64,000 nt of DNA from an uncultured archaeon (lineage in GTDB: Archaea > Thermoproteota > Nitrososphaeria > Nitrososphaerales > Gagatemarchaeaceae), in contig CAWFOU010000007.1 in NCBI GenBank assembly GCA_963817525.1, positions 288,001 through 352,000 of the forward strand, given 5' to 3'. A program made the translations under genes and the position numbers. This document shows positions 19,662-29,969 of this stretch, piece after piece. Position 1 is the stretch's first letter; every line of letters begins with the position of its first letter. The notes under the pieces are model-generated. The model was not told where the DNA came from, did no database searches, and was given only the letters and a program-made list of their open reading frames with translations.

Positions 19662-20177
19662 ATGGCACAGCAAACTCAAAGCAGCCCCCGTGGCGACACG
19701 GGGGAGTCGAACGAGTACAGGACACAGCAGGTCGTCGAAGGCACCGTCATGAGGATAACCGGTGCAGGGAATCTGGTCGTCTACCCCTCTAGCTCATCCG
19801 GCGACATAAATGTGGGGAACCCAGTCAGGATCGTGGTCGCAGAAAATGCGATCCGCGCCGTGATCTACCTGGAAGCGCGAGAGGACCCTATCTCTATTCC
19901 AATCGCCAGCACTTGGGCGATAATCGCCTCCGGTCCTGACAGCATTGAGAGATGCCAGGTCTTCTACAACGGCGTCCAGCTGAAGACGATCGACCACATG
20001 GGCCAGCTCAGATCCGAGGTGCGGATGCCTCGCGCCGGTTCGCTCTCCTACCGCATCCCTGCGCCCATGGAGCTGAACCCCGACTACATCGTCCAAGTGA
20101 GAGACGGCGACCGGGTGCTGAGAGAAGAGGCCCTCGGGTCGATGCACAGTACGCCGGCGTCTCCGCCCAAAGCCTGA
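19662..20177 (+). CDS. hypothetical protein
   Basis: 171-aa ORF with a TTTAAG TATA-like box ~27 bp upstream. Confidence 0.5.
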   Translation: MAQQTQSSPRGDTGESNEYRTQQVVEGTVMRITGAGNLVVYPSSSSGDINVGNPVRIVVAENAIRAVIYLEAREDPISIPIASTWAIIASGPDSIERCQVFYNGVQLKTIDHMGQLRSEVRMPRAGSLSYRIPAPMELNPDYIVQVRDGDRVLREEALGSMHSTPASPPKA

Positions 20178-20270
20178 TCCATTGAACCCTCCCGGAAAGG
20201 GCCGAGAGGGTCTCCCCGATTTTCTAATCGCAAAGTCGCATCGTCGGATGTAATTCGCCCGGATGAAATA

Positions 20271-20534
20271 TCAAGAGCCGACGACCCTAAAGTTGCAGTT
20301 GAAGTTGTAACCCTTCGAGGTCGGTGACGTCGATCCGACGCCAAGGAAGGTGGAGGTCGAGCCCGCGTTGGCGTAGGCGCCGCAGTGAAAGAGCGCGAAG
20401 GTCAGCGACACGTCTGCCTTGACGGTGGTGTTGCCGATGCCGTAAAACCACGACGAGGATTGGGAATAGGGGAAGATGGGCAGGAATATCGCGACGACTA
20501 TGACGACGCAGGCGACTATTGCTAGGCTGGACAA
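20271..20534 (-). CDS. small membrane-anchored protein
   Basis: N-terminal hydrophobic helix and a Cys pair in the C-terminal part. Confidence 0.45.
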   Translation of the reverse strand: MSSLAIVACVVIVVAIFLPIFPYSQSSSWFYGIGNTTVKADVSLTFALFHCGAYANAGSTSTFLGVGSTSPTSKGYNFNCNFRVVGS

Positions 20535-20707
20535 ACCGGTTATATTCTCTGGCTTGGTTGAAATGAGTTTGCAACAATCTTACACCGCTTTTTTACAAGG
20601 ACGGTATGCCATTGCAACGAGTCGGATGCGGTCCTTGGAGACGATGCCTAGGCTTGCCCCGCCCCGCACTTATTTTTGATCAGCGAAGGCTGCAGGCGCG
20701 ACCTGCG

Positions 20708-20962
20708 TCAGCCCTTCTCGACTACTACCTTGTCCATTATGATCTTGGCTACCGTGTAAGACCATAGCAATCGTTTATCTTTCATCCCCTTCATGTCGAT
20801 TCTCCTCCCGAATCGGAACGTAACGTGCCTGTCTCCTTCGCGCAGATTGATTCCGTATCCGCGAATGAGGTTGGCAAAAGTCTCCCATGCTCTAACGTGA
20901 ACGGAGTACTCGTAATCGACTCGCTCATCGTTAGCCGGGGACGACTCACCAATTGATTCCAT
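20708..20962 (-). CDS. hypothetical protein
   Basis: 84-aa ORF with GGAGG Shine-Dalgarno-like sequence upstream. Confidence 0.45.
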   Translation of the reverse strand: MESIGESSPANDERVDYEYSVHVRAWETFANLIRGYGINLREGDRHVTFRFGRRIDMKGMKDKRLLWSYTVAKIIMDKVVVEKG

Positions 20963-21188
20963 TATTCCTCCGCTTCAATAGAGTTTTCACCAGTTTCGGA
21001 TAAATAAACTCTAAGAACAATGTTATAGCGCGCTGGTATGGATTCCGGATGAGGTCTCTATCGGCGGGTGTGCAGAGCAGGGCTCGCTGCCCAGACCTCA
21101 ACGCCTCATGCGCGCGATGACACCTTCAAAAGCAGAATCTTTCCGACCTGGGCCGATGGCTCTCGCCAAGCCCTCCCGATGAAGGCAC

Positions 21189-22199
21189 GTGGCATTCGAC
21201 CTCTCGATCTTCCTGTCGCTGGCCTTCCTCTTCGGGATAGCGGCCCAGTTCGGGGCTGCGGACGGGCAGGCCTTCCTGCGGGGGGTCATCGGTGTGCTCG
21301 CGGGGAGACTCGGGTTGATGTACGCGGTGGTGGCGGTCGCCGCCCTCTTCTCGCCGTTCGTCCTCAACGACGTGCTGGTCCTGATACTCACGCCGGTCCT
21401 CATCGCCTATTCCAAGGAGTCGAGCACGGACATCGCCCCGCTCCTTGTCGCGGAGATAACCTTCACCAACCTAGCCAGCGCCCTCACGCCTCTCGGCAAC
21501 CCGCAGAACATCCTACTCTGGCAGGCCTCGGGGATCTCTGCGGGCGGTTTCGTGGCGGGGACCTGGCCTCAGCTCGCCATCGCGGGAGTGATCGGGGTCG
21601 TGCTGCTATACCCGTTCAGGACTAGGGTCGCCCGGCAGGGCAGTGTCACGCTCGCCTCCGGTTCGTGGTCGGCGGCTGCCTACCTCGCCGGGACGGTCGC
21701 AATAGTGTTCGTCCTGAACTTTTTTGGGGTCTCTAGCGTCGTGGCGCTGGGGACGGCGTTCGCGTTCGGCTTTGCGTTCACGTTCAGGACCCCGCGGAGG
21801 CTCGCCAGAGAGTACGACCTGAGGAGCCTGATAACGCTCTGCGTCGTGGTCGGCGCGGTGGCGGTCGTCGCGGCACTCGTCGAGCCCCTCCTCGTCCCCT
21901 ACGTGGCCCCGGTCGCCGAGGGGACGCAGCCCTACACCGCGGGCTTCTTCGGGCTGGTCTCAGCCTCTATAAGCAACGTGCCCGCGACCCAGCTCGTCCT
22001 CAGTACGACCACCGTGACCCCCCACGCCGTCCCAATCCTGGCGGTCGACGCCGGGCTCGCGGGCAACATCGACCCGATATCGTCTTTCGCGAACCTCCTG
22101 GCGCTGACGATGGTGAAGAGGAGCGGCCTTCCCATCCGGAGGACGATAATCCTTCAACTGGCGATAGGGCTAGTGGTGTTCCTGCCTGCCTTGCTGTGA
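21189..22199 (+). CDS. ArsB/NhaD/SLC13 (IT superfamily) anion permease
   Basis: SPFVLNDVLVLILTP, NLASALTPLGNPQN, SISNVPA, AGNIDPISSFANL; ~10 TM helices. Confidence 0.8.
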   Translation: MAFDLSIFLSLAFLFGIAAQFGAADGQAFLRGVIGVLAGRLGLMYAVVAVAALFSPFVLNDVLVLILTPVLIAYSKESSTDIAPLLVAEITFTNLASALTPLGNPQNILLWQASGISAGGFVAGTWPQLAIAGVIGVVLLYPFRTRVARQGSVTLASGSWSAAAYLAGTVAIVFVLNFFGVSSVVALGTAFAFGFAFTFRTPRRLAREYDLRSLITLCVVVGAVAVVAALVEPLLVPYVAPVAEGTQPYTAGFFGLVSASISNVPATQLVLSTTTVTPHAVPILAVDAGLAGNIDPISSFANLLALTMVKRSGLPIRRTIILQLAIGLVVFLPALL

Positions 22200-22452
22200 C
22201 CTTGGACGGGTGCCTAGAAGAGCGCCTGGCTTGGACTCGCGCCTCTTCGAGAGGACCCACGCGAAGAAAATCGCGCGAAACCACCTCGGCGCGTCCTCCT
22301 TCGGGACATTGAAACTTATCTAGAAGTTGACTACGTTGCTTGGCCTGACGCCGAACCTTATACCTACGCCGGCCCTCGACGAGGGCGAGCCGGCCGGCCC
22401 CTCCCGGTAGCAATTTACTCCTTTCGAAGAACCCGAGCGCGCGGTTCGCGGG

Positions 22453-24234
22453 TCAGGCCCGGGGAGCCGCGGCGGCTTCGGCGTCCACGCCGGTGAGCTC
22501 GTTAGGTGTGAGCTTTTCCGCCAGCCTGAGAGCCTTTGCGAACTTGGAAGGAAGGAAGAGCTTCCGGGACGACCCGTAGTGCACCACGTATCCGTTTCTC
22601 ACGGAGGACAGAAAAGCCGCAGCCGCCACCACCGCGGGCACGAACGGCAACATCGCGGTGAGCAACCCGACCGCGCCCGGGAACCCGATGGACAAGAGCG
22701 CGGAAGAGAGGACGGGAGTGAGAGGCTTTAGCAACCCAACGCCCAGGGCCCCCTGCGCGACGAGGAGGCCCGTCGCAAGCGCCCCGAGGGCGAGCGTTCC
22801 CCAGGGGGCCTCTGCGTGCCTTTCGATGCTCGAGATGTCGTCGTACTTAATCGTCGTCACCTTGGTCCCGCTCTTGGCCGACCTGACGATAAGGCGCTTT
22901 GAGGTCGCCGCCACCTTCCTGCCCTTGTGCACCCAGGCCTCTATTATCCGCTCGTCTCCAGGCATGCCGTTGAGGGAGGAGAGGTCGTCGACCGACGCTC
23001 GGACCTCCTGCTCGAGACGCGTCGAGAGGGTGTCGACCAATCGTGGGAGGGAGTAGGGCGAGGCTGTCCGCGTCGCGACCTGCCCCAGCTTCCGTCTCAG
23101 CTTGGGACTGTCGGCCAGCCTCTTGATGGCGGCCGCCGCCCCGCTGGCGTCCTCGGGGCCGTTAAGGACTATCCCGTTGGCGCCGTTGCCGACGATCCAG
23201 GACTGACCCCCGACCCCGGACGTGATCACGGGGACTCCCGCCGACATGAACTCGAGTTGGGCGATGCCGAGGGCCTCAGACCTGCTCATCGTTATGTTTG
23301 CCAGGGAGGTCCTGATGAGGGCGGCCTTCTCCTCTTCCGTTATCGAGCCGAGCACCGAGACGTTCGGGAGCTTGCTCGCAGCGTCCTTGAGGGCGTCGGC
23401 GTACTCGCCGTCCGCCCTGCCTGCTATGACGATGCGAATGTCCTTCCTGTCCTCCAGTAGCTTGGCGACTTCGAGGAGCTCGAGCGGGTTCTTCCTCTCC
23501 TCGACCGTTCCCAAGAAGGAGATAAGCTTCGCATGTGGCGGAAGCCAGTGCTTTACCCGGAATTCCTCCTCTCCGCCCAGAGAAGCTATGTCTTCGTCGT
23601 CTATGCCGCCCGGAAAGAGGAAGATCTTCTCGTCCTTAGCGCCCAACCCCTTCATGAAGTTCGCCTCTTGGGGGGTCGTCACCAGGATGAGGTTCGCTGC
23701 CGCTATGACCTGCGGCAGGATGACATTGTTCCAGGCTTCTCTGTACGACCTCTCCACGATGGCGTACCTCTCGTCGTTGGGTTCTTGGAAGTGGCTCATG
23801 TGGCAGAAGATCAGAGGGGAGCGTGGGGCGCCGCCCTGTGCCATCTTCCTTCTCCAGGCCACGAACTTCACGACCTCCTCGGGGCCGTTCCAGAGGGTCG
23901 AATGGGTGATGAGGACGTTGAGCTTCAAGTCGTCGACGATGGTAGTCAGGACGCCGACGAAGTCGGTGAAGGATATCCGCCTGGGAGGCCAGGTCGTGTT
24001 GTCGCTGTTCACCCTGATAACGGGGATCCCCATGTCCCTGTCGAACATGTGGGCATAGCCTCCCCTCTTCTTCACCTCGTCCGGGCTGACAACCTGCTCC
24101 GAGTCCCGGAATACGCTCGTTATCAGGAACGCGTCGTGCCCCTGTCTGCAGAACTCCCTGACCATCCTCTGGGCCACAAGCTCCTGCCCTTTGGTGAGGC
24201 TGGTCTGATACATTACGACGCCAATTCTAAGCAA
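22453..24234 (-). CDS. GT4-family glycosyltransferase with C-terminal membrane domain
   Basis: FLGTVEERKN, SRSEALGIAQLEFMSAGVPVI; two TM helices near the C-terminus. Confidence 0.88.
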   Translation of the reverse strand: MLRIGVVMYQTSLTKGQELVAQRMVREFCRQGHDAFLITSVFRDSEQVVSPDEVKKRGGYAHMFDRDMGIPVIRVNSDNTTWPPRRISFTDFVGVLTTIVDDLKLNVLITHSTLWNGPEEVVKFVAWRRKMAQGGAPRSPLIFCHMSHFQEPNDERYAIVERSYREAWNNVILPQVIAAANLILVTTPQEANFMKGLGAKDEKIFLFPGGIDDEDIASLGGEEEFRVKHWLPPHAKLISFLGTVEERKNPLELLEVAKLLEDRKDIRIVIAGRADGEYADALKDAASKLPNVSVLGSITEEEKAALIRTSLANITMSRSEALGIAQLEFMSAGVPVITSGVGGQSWIVGNGANGIVLNGPEDASGAAAAIKRLADSPKLRRKLGQVATRTASPYSLPRLVDTLSTRLEQEVRASVDDLSSLNGMPGDERIIEAWVHKGRKVAATSKRLIVRSAKSGTKVTTIKYDDISSIERHAEAPWGTLALGALATGLLVAQGALGVGLLKPLTPVLSSALLSIGFPGAVGLLTAMLPFVPAVVAAAAFLSSVRNGYVVHYGSSRKLFLPSKFAKALRLAEKLTPNELTGVDAEAAAAPRA

Positions 24235-24388
24235 ATTTCAAATTACCCCGGATTTTCGTTGAGGATCCTCCAATTCGCTTCGCGTCATGGCAGGACGAAG
24301 AATATGGGCCGTCTTTCTATAAAAACCCCAGTGCAAGAATTCTACAGAAGAATTCTCTATCTTGAAATTCTGAGCACGCGAGCTTCGC

Positions 24389-25132
24389 TCATCTGCGGAC
24401 CAGCCTGCGAAGATCCAACGAAAGGCTGTCGTCACTGAGCGAGCGCAAGAAAGGGCCTAGTTCCTCGGGTTTCAGAGAATATCGGCAAGCGACGCCCTCG
24501 AGGCTCTGGCCGTGGTCGACGCAGATCGCCAGGTCGGCCTCTTCGAAGGCCGAGTTGTCCGATGTCGAATCCCCGAGGAACAAGACGCTGCCCGCCACCC
24601 CCAGGAGCCCCCTCAGCTCCCGGACGGCTCTTCCCTTGTCAGGCCTGCCCCCGAAGACGTCGAGATAGGGTCGAGCCTGGTCGCGGACCACCGTCAGCCC
24701 CATGTCCGTCAGGTCGGCAGTGGCGGTCGCGATGAACTTGGCGGGGGGCGGCGACGTAGCCCTCCAATCCACAGAGAAAGCGAGGAGCTCTCTGCCGGTG
24801 CTCCGCTTGAGCTCCAGAGTCAGGCCAAAGTCGTTGTGGCGCTTCACGTAATTCAACCCCTCACGGAGCCTGCTTGCCATCCGAGAGGTAGCGAACGCTC
24901 TGCCGTCGGAGAGGACGATCTCGAGACCCGAGACGCAGGCCCACGCCCGTGCGAAAGGGGCCCTCGAACGGACGAAGCCGTAGTCCTTAGACGTCACTAT
25001 CGCGACCGGAACCGAGTCGCTCAAATCGCGCAAGGGTCCTTCTATCTCTTCCGGCACGCGTGAAGCTTCGAGGCTGACGTCGTCAGGCGCCAGGGTGCCG
25101 TCGTAGTCAGTGAAGACCGCGCTGATCTTCAA
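24389..25132 (-). CDS. HAD-IIB sugar-phosphate phosphatase (trehalose-phosphatase-like)
   Basis: DYDGTL, IVTSK, DKGRAV, FLGDSTSDNSAF. Confidence 0.85.
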   Translation of the reverse strand: MKISAVFTDYDGTLAPDDVSLEASRVPEEIEGPLRDLSDSVPVAIVTSKDYGFVRSRAPFARAWACVSGLEIVLSDGRAFATSRMASRLREGLNYVKRHNDFGLTLELKRSTGRELLAFSVDWRATSPPPAKFIATATADLTDMGLTVVRDQARPYLDVFGGRPDKGRAVRELRGLLGVAGSVLFLGDSTSDNSAFEEADLAICVDHGQSLEGVACRYSLKPEELGPFLRSLSDDSLSLDLRRLVRR

Positions 25133-25137
25133 GGCGC

Positions 25138-26061
25138 TCAGGAGGTCTTCACGGTCGGATTGGCCTGCTCGGCCGCCTTCGATTCCTCTTCCTCTTCCAA
25201 CTCCCTGTGCAGCCTTATGAGGCGGGTCAGAATCTCAGACTTTAGGAGCGCGTGGTCCTTCTCCTTCGCGTTCAGCACCGCCTTGACAATGTAGTACTCC
25301 TTGTCGCTCTGTTCGTTTACAACGAGGCTGACGATCGGGAATTCTCGAATGTCCTCCTTGATCCTGAAGAGGACCATCTCCGGGTCAAATCGGTTGGAAA
25401 ACTCGTACCGCACGTTGAAGAAGTAGTCATCCTGCGTGTAGGACAGAACCGCGGCGTCCGTTGCTAGGATCGAGTTGGGGATCTTCATCATCTGACCCTC
25501 CTCGGTGAGGATCTTCGTGAAGAACAGCCCAACCTCCTTCACCTCCCCCATGTACCCGGCATAGACCGAGTCGGGTGAGAAGTACTTGTAGCCGGGGAGG
25601 AAAGCCCACTGGAAAGGTATGTGCCAGCTGAGGATCCGCACTTGGCTCCCCGGCCTCACGGCCCCCGAAGTGAGGATGAGTATCCCCGCGAAGAAGCTCC
25701 CCAGCGTCGGCTGCAGGGCGAGTCCGAGGACGATCCCGCTGATGGCCGCGCCCGCGAGCAGCGCTGTCGGGGAGAATGAGAGGTAGGACGCCGAGGCGAC
25801 CACGGCAATGATGTATCCGAAGACGGCGACGGCGTTGCTGAAGACGAGGGCGTTCTTGCCGAGCTCTGACCTGAACTCGGCGGCGATGGTCCGAGACGCG
25901 TCCCTCGCCAGGAGGACGCCCCCCGCAAGAATCAGTCCGGCGTATGCAAATCTGAAATTCTCCGTGTACCCGGCGATCGCCCTGCTGAGGTAGAAGACGA
26001 CCACCAAGGCCACTGCTAGGATGGCTATGTCGGTAAGGAGCCTCTTGAAAGTGGGTCTCAA
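25138..26061 (-). CDS. mscS: small-conductance mechanosensitive channel
   Basis: GIVLGLALQPTLGSFFAGILIL, GEVKEVGLFFTKI, KIPNS. Confidence 0.85.
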   Translation of the reverse strand: MRPTFKRLLTDIAILAVALVVVFYLSRAIAGYTENFRFAYAGLILAGGVLLARDASRTIAAEFRSELGKNALVFSNAVAVFGYIIAVVASASYLSFSPTALLAGAAISGIVLGLALQPTLGSFFAGILILTSGAVRPGSQVRILSWHIPFQWAFLPGYKYFSPDSVYAGYMGEVKEVGLFFTKILTEEGQMMKIPNSILATDAAVLSYTQDDYFFNVRYEFSNRFDPEMVLFRIKEDIREFPIVSLVVNEQSDKEYYIVKAVLNAKEKDHALLKSEILTRLIRLHRELEEEEESKAAEQANPTVKTS

Positions 26062-26205
26062 CTAGCTCCTCAACCTACCGAGAATCGCGCTGCCTTTTAT
26101 CATTGTCAAACACACTTCGTGTCCTTGGGAGGCCTTTGGATGCGCTCCGGACTCCGAGTCAGAGAGTCTGCGGCTGCGCCGAGATCTCGCTCGGCGCCCG
26201 CGACT

Positions 26206-27825
26206 CTATGACTGGGTGTAGATGGCTATGTAGGTGGCGTTCCCGTCCAGCGTGAAGCTCCTGGTCGGATCGGTGCTGTTGTTGTCTGTCCATTTGGTGA
26301 AGGTGACGTTGCTGAAGCTCGATGACATCGCGACAACATACGTCTCCCCGTTGAAGAGGATGAACGGCAGGATGCTGCCGCCCGTGAAGGTCGCCGTGAA
26401 CGGGGCAGTGGCGCCAGGTGGAGTCACGGTGAGATAGATGCCAGGGGTGTGCTGTGGATATCCGCCGATCACGGAGGCTGTGCCAATCTGCGACCCGTTG
26501 GGGAACTGCGCGATGATGTTCAGAGACGCGGCTTGCGCGGCCGGAACGGCCTCGTACTCCGCGTTCATAGTGTAGTTGCCCTGGCCTGCCGTCGTGTTGA
26601 GCGTCACATATGCGTATCTCTCCAGGTTGCCGTTGGAGAAGTGCCTGAAGTAGTAGTCCCCATACCAGTAGACGACCACCAGGTAATCGACGCCCGTCTG
26701 GAGACCCGTGAAGGTGTACGGGGTGAAGCCCGCCGCGACGTCGTTGTCGTTGAGCCGGAGGTTAACGTACATCCCGGTTATCGTAGCACCCGTGTGAAGA
26801 TCGCTGCTCGTGACGGTGATGGTGTTTGCAGCGCTTCCAGTCGCAGTGCATGTAGTCTCACAGAACTCTGCGGTGAGCGACGTCTGAGAGGTGCCGGCCG
26901 TCACGATTATGGTGTTGGTGGTGATCCCGTTCGTCCACTCTGAGAAGTAGGCGTTCGTGTAGTCGCTGATGATCACGCTGTAGCTAACACCGCTCGTAGT
27001 CGGGAAGTTATACGGCGTGAAGCCGGACCCGACCACCGTGCCGGCCTGCTCGATGACGGTGTACATGCCTGTCAGAGCGGCCCCGCCCACGTACTCCGAG
27101 CTGACCTCGATGGATGAGCCGGTCGGGGCTGTGCTGCAGCCTCCGGAGGTGGCGCAGTATTGTGCGGTCACGCTAGTCTGCGCAGAGTCCGCGGTCACGC
27201 TGATGGTGCGCGTGGTCGCGCCGCTGGTCCACTGATAGAAGTAGGCGCCCGTGTAGTCATCGACCGTGACCGTGTAGACCTGGCCGCTGGTCGTGGGGAA
27301 GCTCTCCGGCGTGAAGCCTGACGCGACCGTCACCCCGCCCGAGGCTAGGACTACGTACATGCCCGTGAGGGCGGCGCCGGTCGAGTACTCTGAGCTCACT
27401 GAGATGGACGACCCTCCGCACCCGGCTAGCGGGCAGTAGACTGCCGTCAACGCGACGGCGGGGCCTGTCGACGTCAGGGTGACCGCGTGTACCCGGGTCG
27501 TCGTCCCGTCAGAGTAGTGGCTGAAGAATTCGCCGCTGTAATCTCCCACTGAGACGTCGTAGGTTCCAGCTGGCAGGGTGAAGGATGCCGGGGTGAAGCC
27601 CGTCCCGGCGACGCCCCCGGAGGAGTTGGTGACCTCGACCCAGTATCCGGTGAGGGTCGTCCCCGTGTTTGTCTGTGAAGACACTGTCAGGTTGGGGGTG
27701 GCCGCAGAGAGCCTCGGAGCGCCGAGGAAGGCGAACGAGGTCGTAAGCATCAGAGCCAGTACGCCCAACACTAGAGGTGCGGGTACATGGTGACTAGTTC
27801 CCTTGCGGCCGGATAACTTTGACAT
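26206..27825 (-). CDS. secreted Thr-rich surface protein with 4-5 ~90-aa beta repeats
   Basis: Signal peptide; repeats of LTGMY...GFTP...Y.V...DY...F..W.G separated by Cys-pair linkers. Confidence 0.85.
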   Translation of the reverse strand: MSKLSGRKGTSHHVPAPLVLGVLALMLTTSFAFLGAPRLSAATPNLTVSSQTNTGTTLTGYWVEVTNSSGGVAGTGFTPASFTLPAGTYDVSVGDYSGEFFSHYSDGTTTRVHAVTLTSTGPAVALTAVYCPLAGCGGSSISVSSEYSTGAALTGMYVVLASGGVTVASGFTPESFPTTSGQVYTVTVDDYTGAYFYQWTSGATTRTISVTADSAQTSVTAQYCATSGGCSTAPTGSSIEVSSEYVGGAALTGMYTVIEQAGTVVGSGFTPYNFPTTSGVSYSVIISDYTNAYFSEWTNGITTNTIIVTAGTSQTSLTAEFCETTCTATGSAANTITVTSSDLHTGATITGMYVNLRLNDNDVAAGFTPYTFTGLQTGVDYLVVVYWYGDYYFRHFSNGNLERYAYVTLNTTAGQGNYTMNAEYEAVPAAQAASLNIIAQFPNGSQIGTASVIGGYPQHTPGIYLTVTPPGATAPFTATFTGGSILPFILFNGETYVVAMSSSFSNVTFTKWTDNNSTDPTRSFTLDGNATYIAIYTQS

Positions 27826-28062
27826 CGGCCAAGGACTCCCTCCGACTCTTGAATAGGGAGACCGAATAGAATAGCAGAGACATCGTATAGAGGAATCCTA
27901 GTAAAATTCTCATTTTTTTGCACCGACACGCGGACAAGCGGCCCATGTCTAGCCTTGCAGCGTCAGAGCCCTTCTCTCAAGTTGTAATAGGCGTTACGCG
28001 ATATATTTTTCTGCCCACAGCCAACGATTAAATATTACATTAGTGAAACCCGATCGAGAGAC

Positions 28063-28758
28063 TTGGGGCTCCTGAGCAGGCCGTCGATACCCGCCGTCGT
28101 GGCCTCGATAATCACGCACAACCCGCCGGTATACGAATGCCTCAAGGCGAAGCTGATCAACTACCACGCGCTCGCTGCTAACATAAAGTCAGAGGTGGAG
28201 AAGAGGGCGGGCAAGCCCACGACCGTGAACACGATAGTGGTCGCAATCATGAGGTTCTCCGACTCGATCGAGGACGCGGAGGGGGATCACGAGGCGCCTC
28301 TCAGCATATTGAAGGCCGCCCGCATAACGCTCGCCAGCGACGTCGTGGATGTGACCGTCAGGACGAAAAAATCGGAGCTCCTCGCGATGGTCAAGCAGAT
28401 TGCCGATCTATCGGCGGCTCTGAACGAGCCGGTCCATCTATTCCAGCTCTCGAACTCGATAAAGCTCATCGCAGACGAAGCCGAGTACCAGGCTATGATT
28501 CGAGGCTCTCTTGGGAAGGGTCACATTGCGAAGGAGACGACCAAGCTCTCCAGGCTGGACATCCACCTCTCTCCTGAGGTCGAAATCACTCCGGAGTTCG
28601 GGCTCTTTCTCACGGAATTGCTGTACCGTCACGGGATCAGCATACACCAGACCTACATCGGAGAAGAGACGATTTTGATCCTGGATAGGGACGAAGGTCC
28701 GAGGGCCTACGAGATCTTGCGGGAAGAGATCGACATGAGCAGGACCGCCGCCGAGTGA
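28063..28758 (+). CDS. archaeal protein with helical N-terminus and C-terminal ACT-like domain
   Basis: LINYHALA...IVVAIMR N-terminus; PEFGLFLTELLYRHGISI...ETILIL ACT-like end. Confidence 0.7.
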   Translation: MGLLSRPSIPAVVASIITHNPPVYECLKAKLINYHALAANIKSEVEKRAGKPTTVNTIVVAIMRFSDSIEDAEGDHEAPLSILKAARITLASDVVDVTVRTKKSELLAMVKQIADLSAALNEPVHLFQLSNSIKLIADEAEYQAMIRGSLGKGHIAKETTKLSRLDIHLSPEVEITPEFGLFLTELLYRHGISIHQTYIGEETILILDRDEGPRAYEILREEIDMSRTAAE

Positions 28759-28982
28759 GGATAGCCGCTACTAGGAAGGCGCCGATCGCCGAGGCATCGG
28801 ATGCCTTGGTTGACCAGGTCGATGTTAGATACCGGTCAGACGACAAAAAAAACTCCCGCTAAATGGAAGACCGTAACGACCCCAGAGCTCCCATCTGGAT
28901 TCGTGGGTAGAGGTCTCCAGGTGGCTCGACCGTTTCGCCCGAGCGGCAGCCCTTTGCTGCAGCCCGAGCCGAAAGTCGGCGC

Positions 28983-29501
28983 CTAAGCCCAGATGGGCTT
29001 GAAGGCGATCAGAGTCTCGCTCGACTTTACGCCCTGGAGTTCGGCGATCTTCGAGACCTGGGAGAGAACTTCGTCCTGGTTCTTTCCGTAGATGCTCGCG
29101 ATGATGTCGAATTCACCTGAGACGGCGAACGCGTTGCGGACGTTCTGGTGCTGCTGTAGCGATGCAAGGACCTTCTGCGAAGGCTCGTTGACTTGCACCA
29201 GCACTAGCGCTAGGGAGTCAGTCGCCTGGACTGCGCGGGGGTTCGAGATGGACATGGTCGGTGTGTATGTCCTTGTGGAGGTGACCCCGTTCAGGGATCG
29301 GATCTTGTTCACAAGCTCGTAGACCTTCTGCTGCTCGGTCGCCTTCAGCTCGATCGCAAGGTCGAACCTGCCGACTACTGGCGAGAAGTATGTGATCCCG
29401 CTTATCTTCTTCAGTTGCTCAGTCACTTCGTTCAGCATTCGTGGCTGGACCGACGCGAAAATGGTCGTCGGGTATGTTTGAGTCGTCAGTTGGGTAGTCA
29501 T
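28983..29501 (-). CDS. tandem Lrp/AsnC ligand-binding (RAM) domain protein
   Basis: VVGRFDLAI...IRSLNGVTSTRT and VSGEFDII...LQGVKSSETL; no HTH. Confidence 0.8.
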   Translation of the reverse strand: MTTQLTTQTYPTTIFASVQPRMLNEVTEQLKKISGITYFSPVVGRFDLAIELKATEQQKVYELVNKIRSLNGVTSTRTYTPTMSISNPRAVQATDSLALVLVQVNEPSQKVLASLQQHQNVRNAFAVSGEFDIIASIYGKNQDEVLSQVSKIAELQGVKSSETLIAFKPIWA

Positions 29502-29657
29502 TCTATTTCATAAATGAGACATCTGTAACACTATATAGGTTTTCATAACTAGACTTCAGTATATGCTCTTTCTTAGTGTCATTTGCTTATACACAGTATA
29601 CACTTATTAAGGGCGGTTCCGACGCTCGCTTTACTGGATGAAATAACGGTAGGATGA

Positions 29658-29969
29658 GTGAATAGGATGAGTTTCGGAAATCGAGGCGGAGGATTCGGCG
29701 GTAGCCGAGGAGGAAGCAGCGGAGGTTTTGGTTCCCTCAAGAAGCCAGTCGAGGTCGGTAAGGAGTACAATGTTACTATCTCTGACACGAGCAGGCGAGG
29801 AGAGGGGATTGCCAAGATCGACGGCTTCGTGATCTTTGTACCCGGCACTAAGATGGGTCAAAGCACGAGGATCAAGGTGACGCAAGTCTCAGAGCGGTTT
29901 GCCAACGGGCAAGTCGTCGAGGGTTCTTCACCGGCAGCCTCTCAGTCAACGGACAACACGACGCAGTAG
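29658..29969 (+). CDS. single TRAM-domain RNA-binding protein
   Basis: Gly-rich N-terminus; PVEVGKEYNVTISDTSRRGEGIAKIDGFVIFVPG. Confidence 0.9.
   Translation: MNRMSFGNRGGGFGGSRGGSSGGFGSLKKPVEVGKEYNVTISDTSRRGEGIAKIDGFVIFVPGTKMGQSTRIKVTQVSERFANGQVVEGSSPAASQSTDNTTQ

Noticed and set aside
28789-28809. Hairpin CCGAGGCATC-G-GATGCCTTGG as an ncRNA
   Set aside because: An isolated stem between convergent genes with no other structure or copies; at most a terminator.
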